From assembly GCA_040222015.1 (NCBI GenBank), contig JAVJWO010000111.1, forward strand, positions 1 through 51,074: a stretch of 51,074 nt of DNA, written 5' to 3'. Shown here piece after piece: positions 50,337-51,074 of this stretch. Within the stretch, counting starts at the first letter, position 1. Every line of letters starts with the position of its first letter. Source of the stretch: Coleofasciculus chthonoplastes F2-STO-03. Lineage in GTDB: Bacteria; Cyanobacteriota; Cyanobacteriia; Cyanobacteriales; Coleofasciculaceae. Below the pieces are notes generated by a model that did not search any database, had not been told where the DNA came from, and was given only the letters and a program-made list of their open reading frames with translations. A program made the position numbers and the translations under genes.

Positions 50337-51074
50337 TTTGTATGTATGTAGTAGGCACTTTAGTGCCTTAAAAGGCTTGATTTCCCGGACTACGAAAAGG
50401 CTCATACAAGTCCGATACTAGCGGACATCATATTACAGGTGTTTCGGGCGCACGTCGGTCATCCGTGTCAACTTAAGGTAGAAAACCAATGCTGGCAAGG
50501 TTTTAAGCTGTGTCTATCTACTCCTCGACATTTTCCCCCTCATCCCCTAACCCCAACTCCGGCCCCCCTCGTTCCCCCAGGGGGTTTTCATTTTCAAAAA
50601 ATATACCACAATATAGCGCTTCGCGCTGATCTATTTACACTTTGGATTCAGAAACATCTTACCTGGACTAAGTTTCAGCTACGAGAGTTGTAAATACACG
50701 CCTAGCGACTTGCTATAAAAGCAAAATCTTTGCTGATCAAAACCGTTTTTTTGCGAGTTTCAATTCTCTCTATTCAAAAATATTTTTAAGCCCAACTCTT
50801 TGCTTAATTTATAGCTGCAAAAAAGCTGAATCTCTTGCCGATTCGTCATTCCCAGGTTTGGCTTGTCTTTTTTTGAGCTTTCTTTTTTATTAAAATTAGT
50901 GGCATTGAATCTATTAATCGTTAAATTAGCAACATTTTTTGCTACTTATATAATATAAGGTCTCATTCCATTCTTTTTTGTCCCGCCATCCTTTTCTTTT
51001 TACACGAATTACACGGTGAAGATTGGGATGCTTTTGATTCCTCAAATTTTCTGGATTAAATACAGATACTGTTC

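Noticed and set aside
1..51074. tRNA/rRNA genes, integrase or prophage
   Set aside because: None recognised by eye. The defence operon shows no integrase or clear att repeats. The many short antisense ORFs are shadows of real genes.

Overview
Chromosomal window from a filamentous cyanobacterium (inferred from frequent HIP1 GCGATCGC sites, heptamer tandem repeats and the genes pipX-pipY-sepF-proC, raf1, an OCP-NTD protein and ado-aar-accA-SDR-folE). Most of it is core metabolism, with intergenic spaces full of small palindromic and MITE-like repeats. The standout is a 6-kb defence-like operon between sir and moaE. It has an EcoKI-like type I methyltransferase (hsdM), a decayed VapBC-type toxin-antitoxin remnant, a complete two-TRD HsdS fused in frame to an ABC-family (Septu PtuA-like) ATPase, and a translationally coupled HNH nuclease. 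There is no hsdR at the locus. Also notable: two non-autonomous IS200/IS605 derivatives sharing ends (one supplies the pipY stop codon), a sulfite reductase with a ribbon-helix-helix-like tail, a palindromic repeat inserted twice in frame in a sensor kinase, an orphan heme-oxygenase-like dimetal enzyme, and a GtrB plus three GT-C glycosylation cassette. All family calls come from motif recognition by eye. No searches were run.
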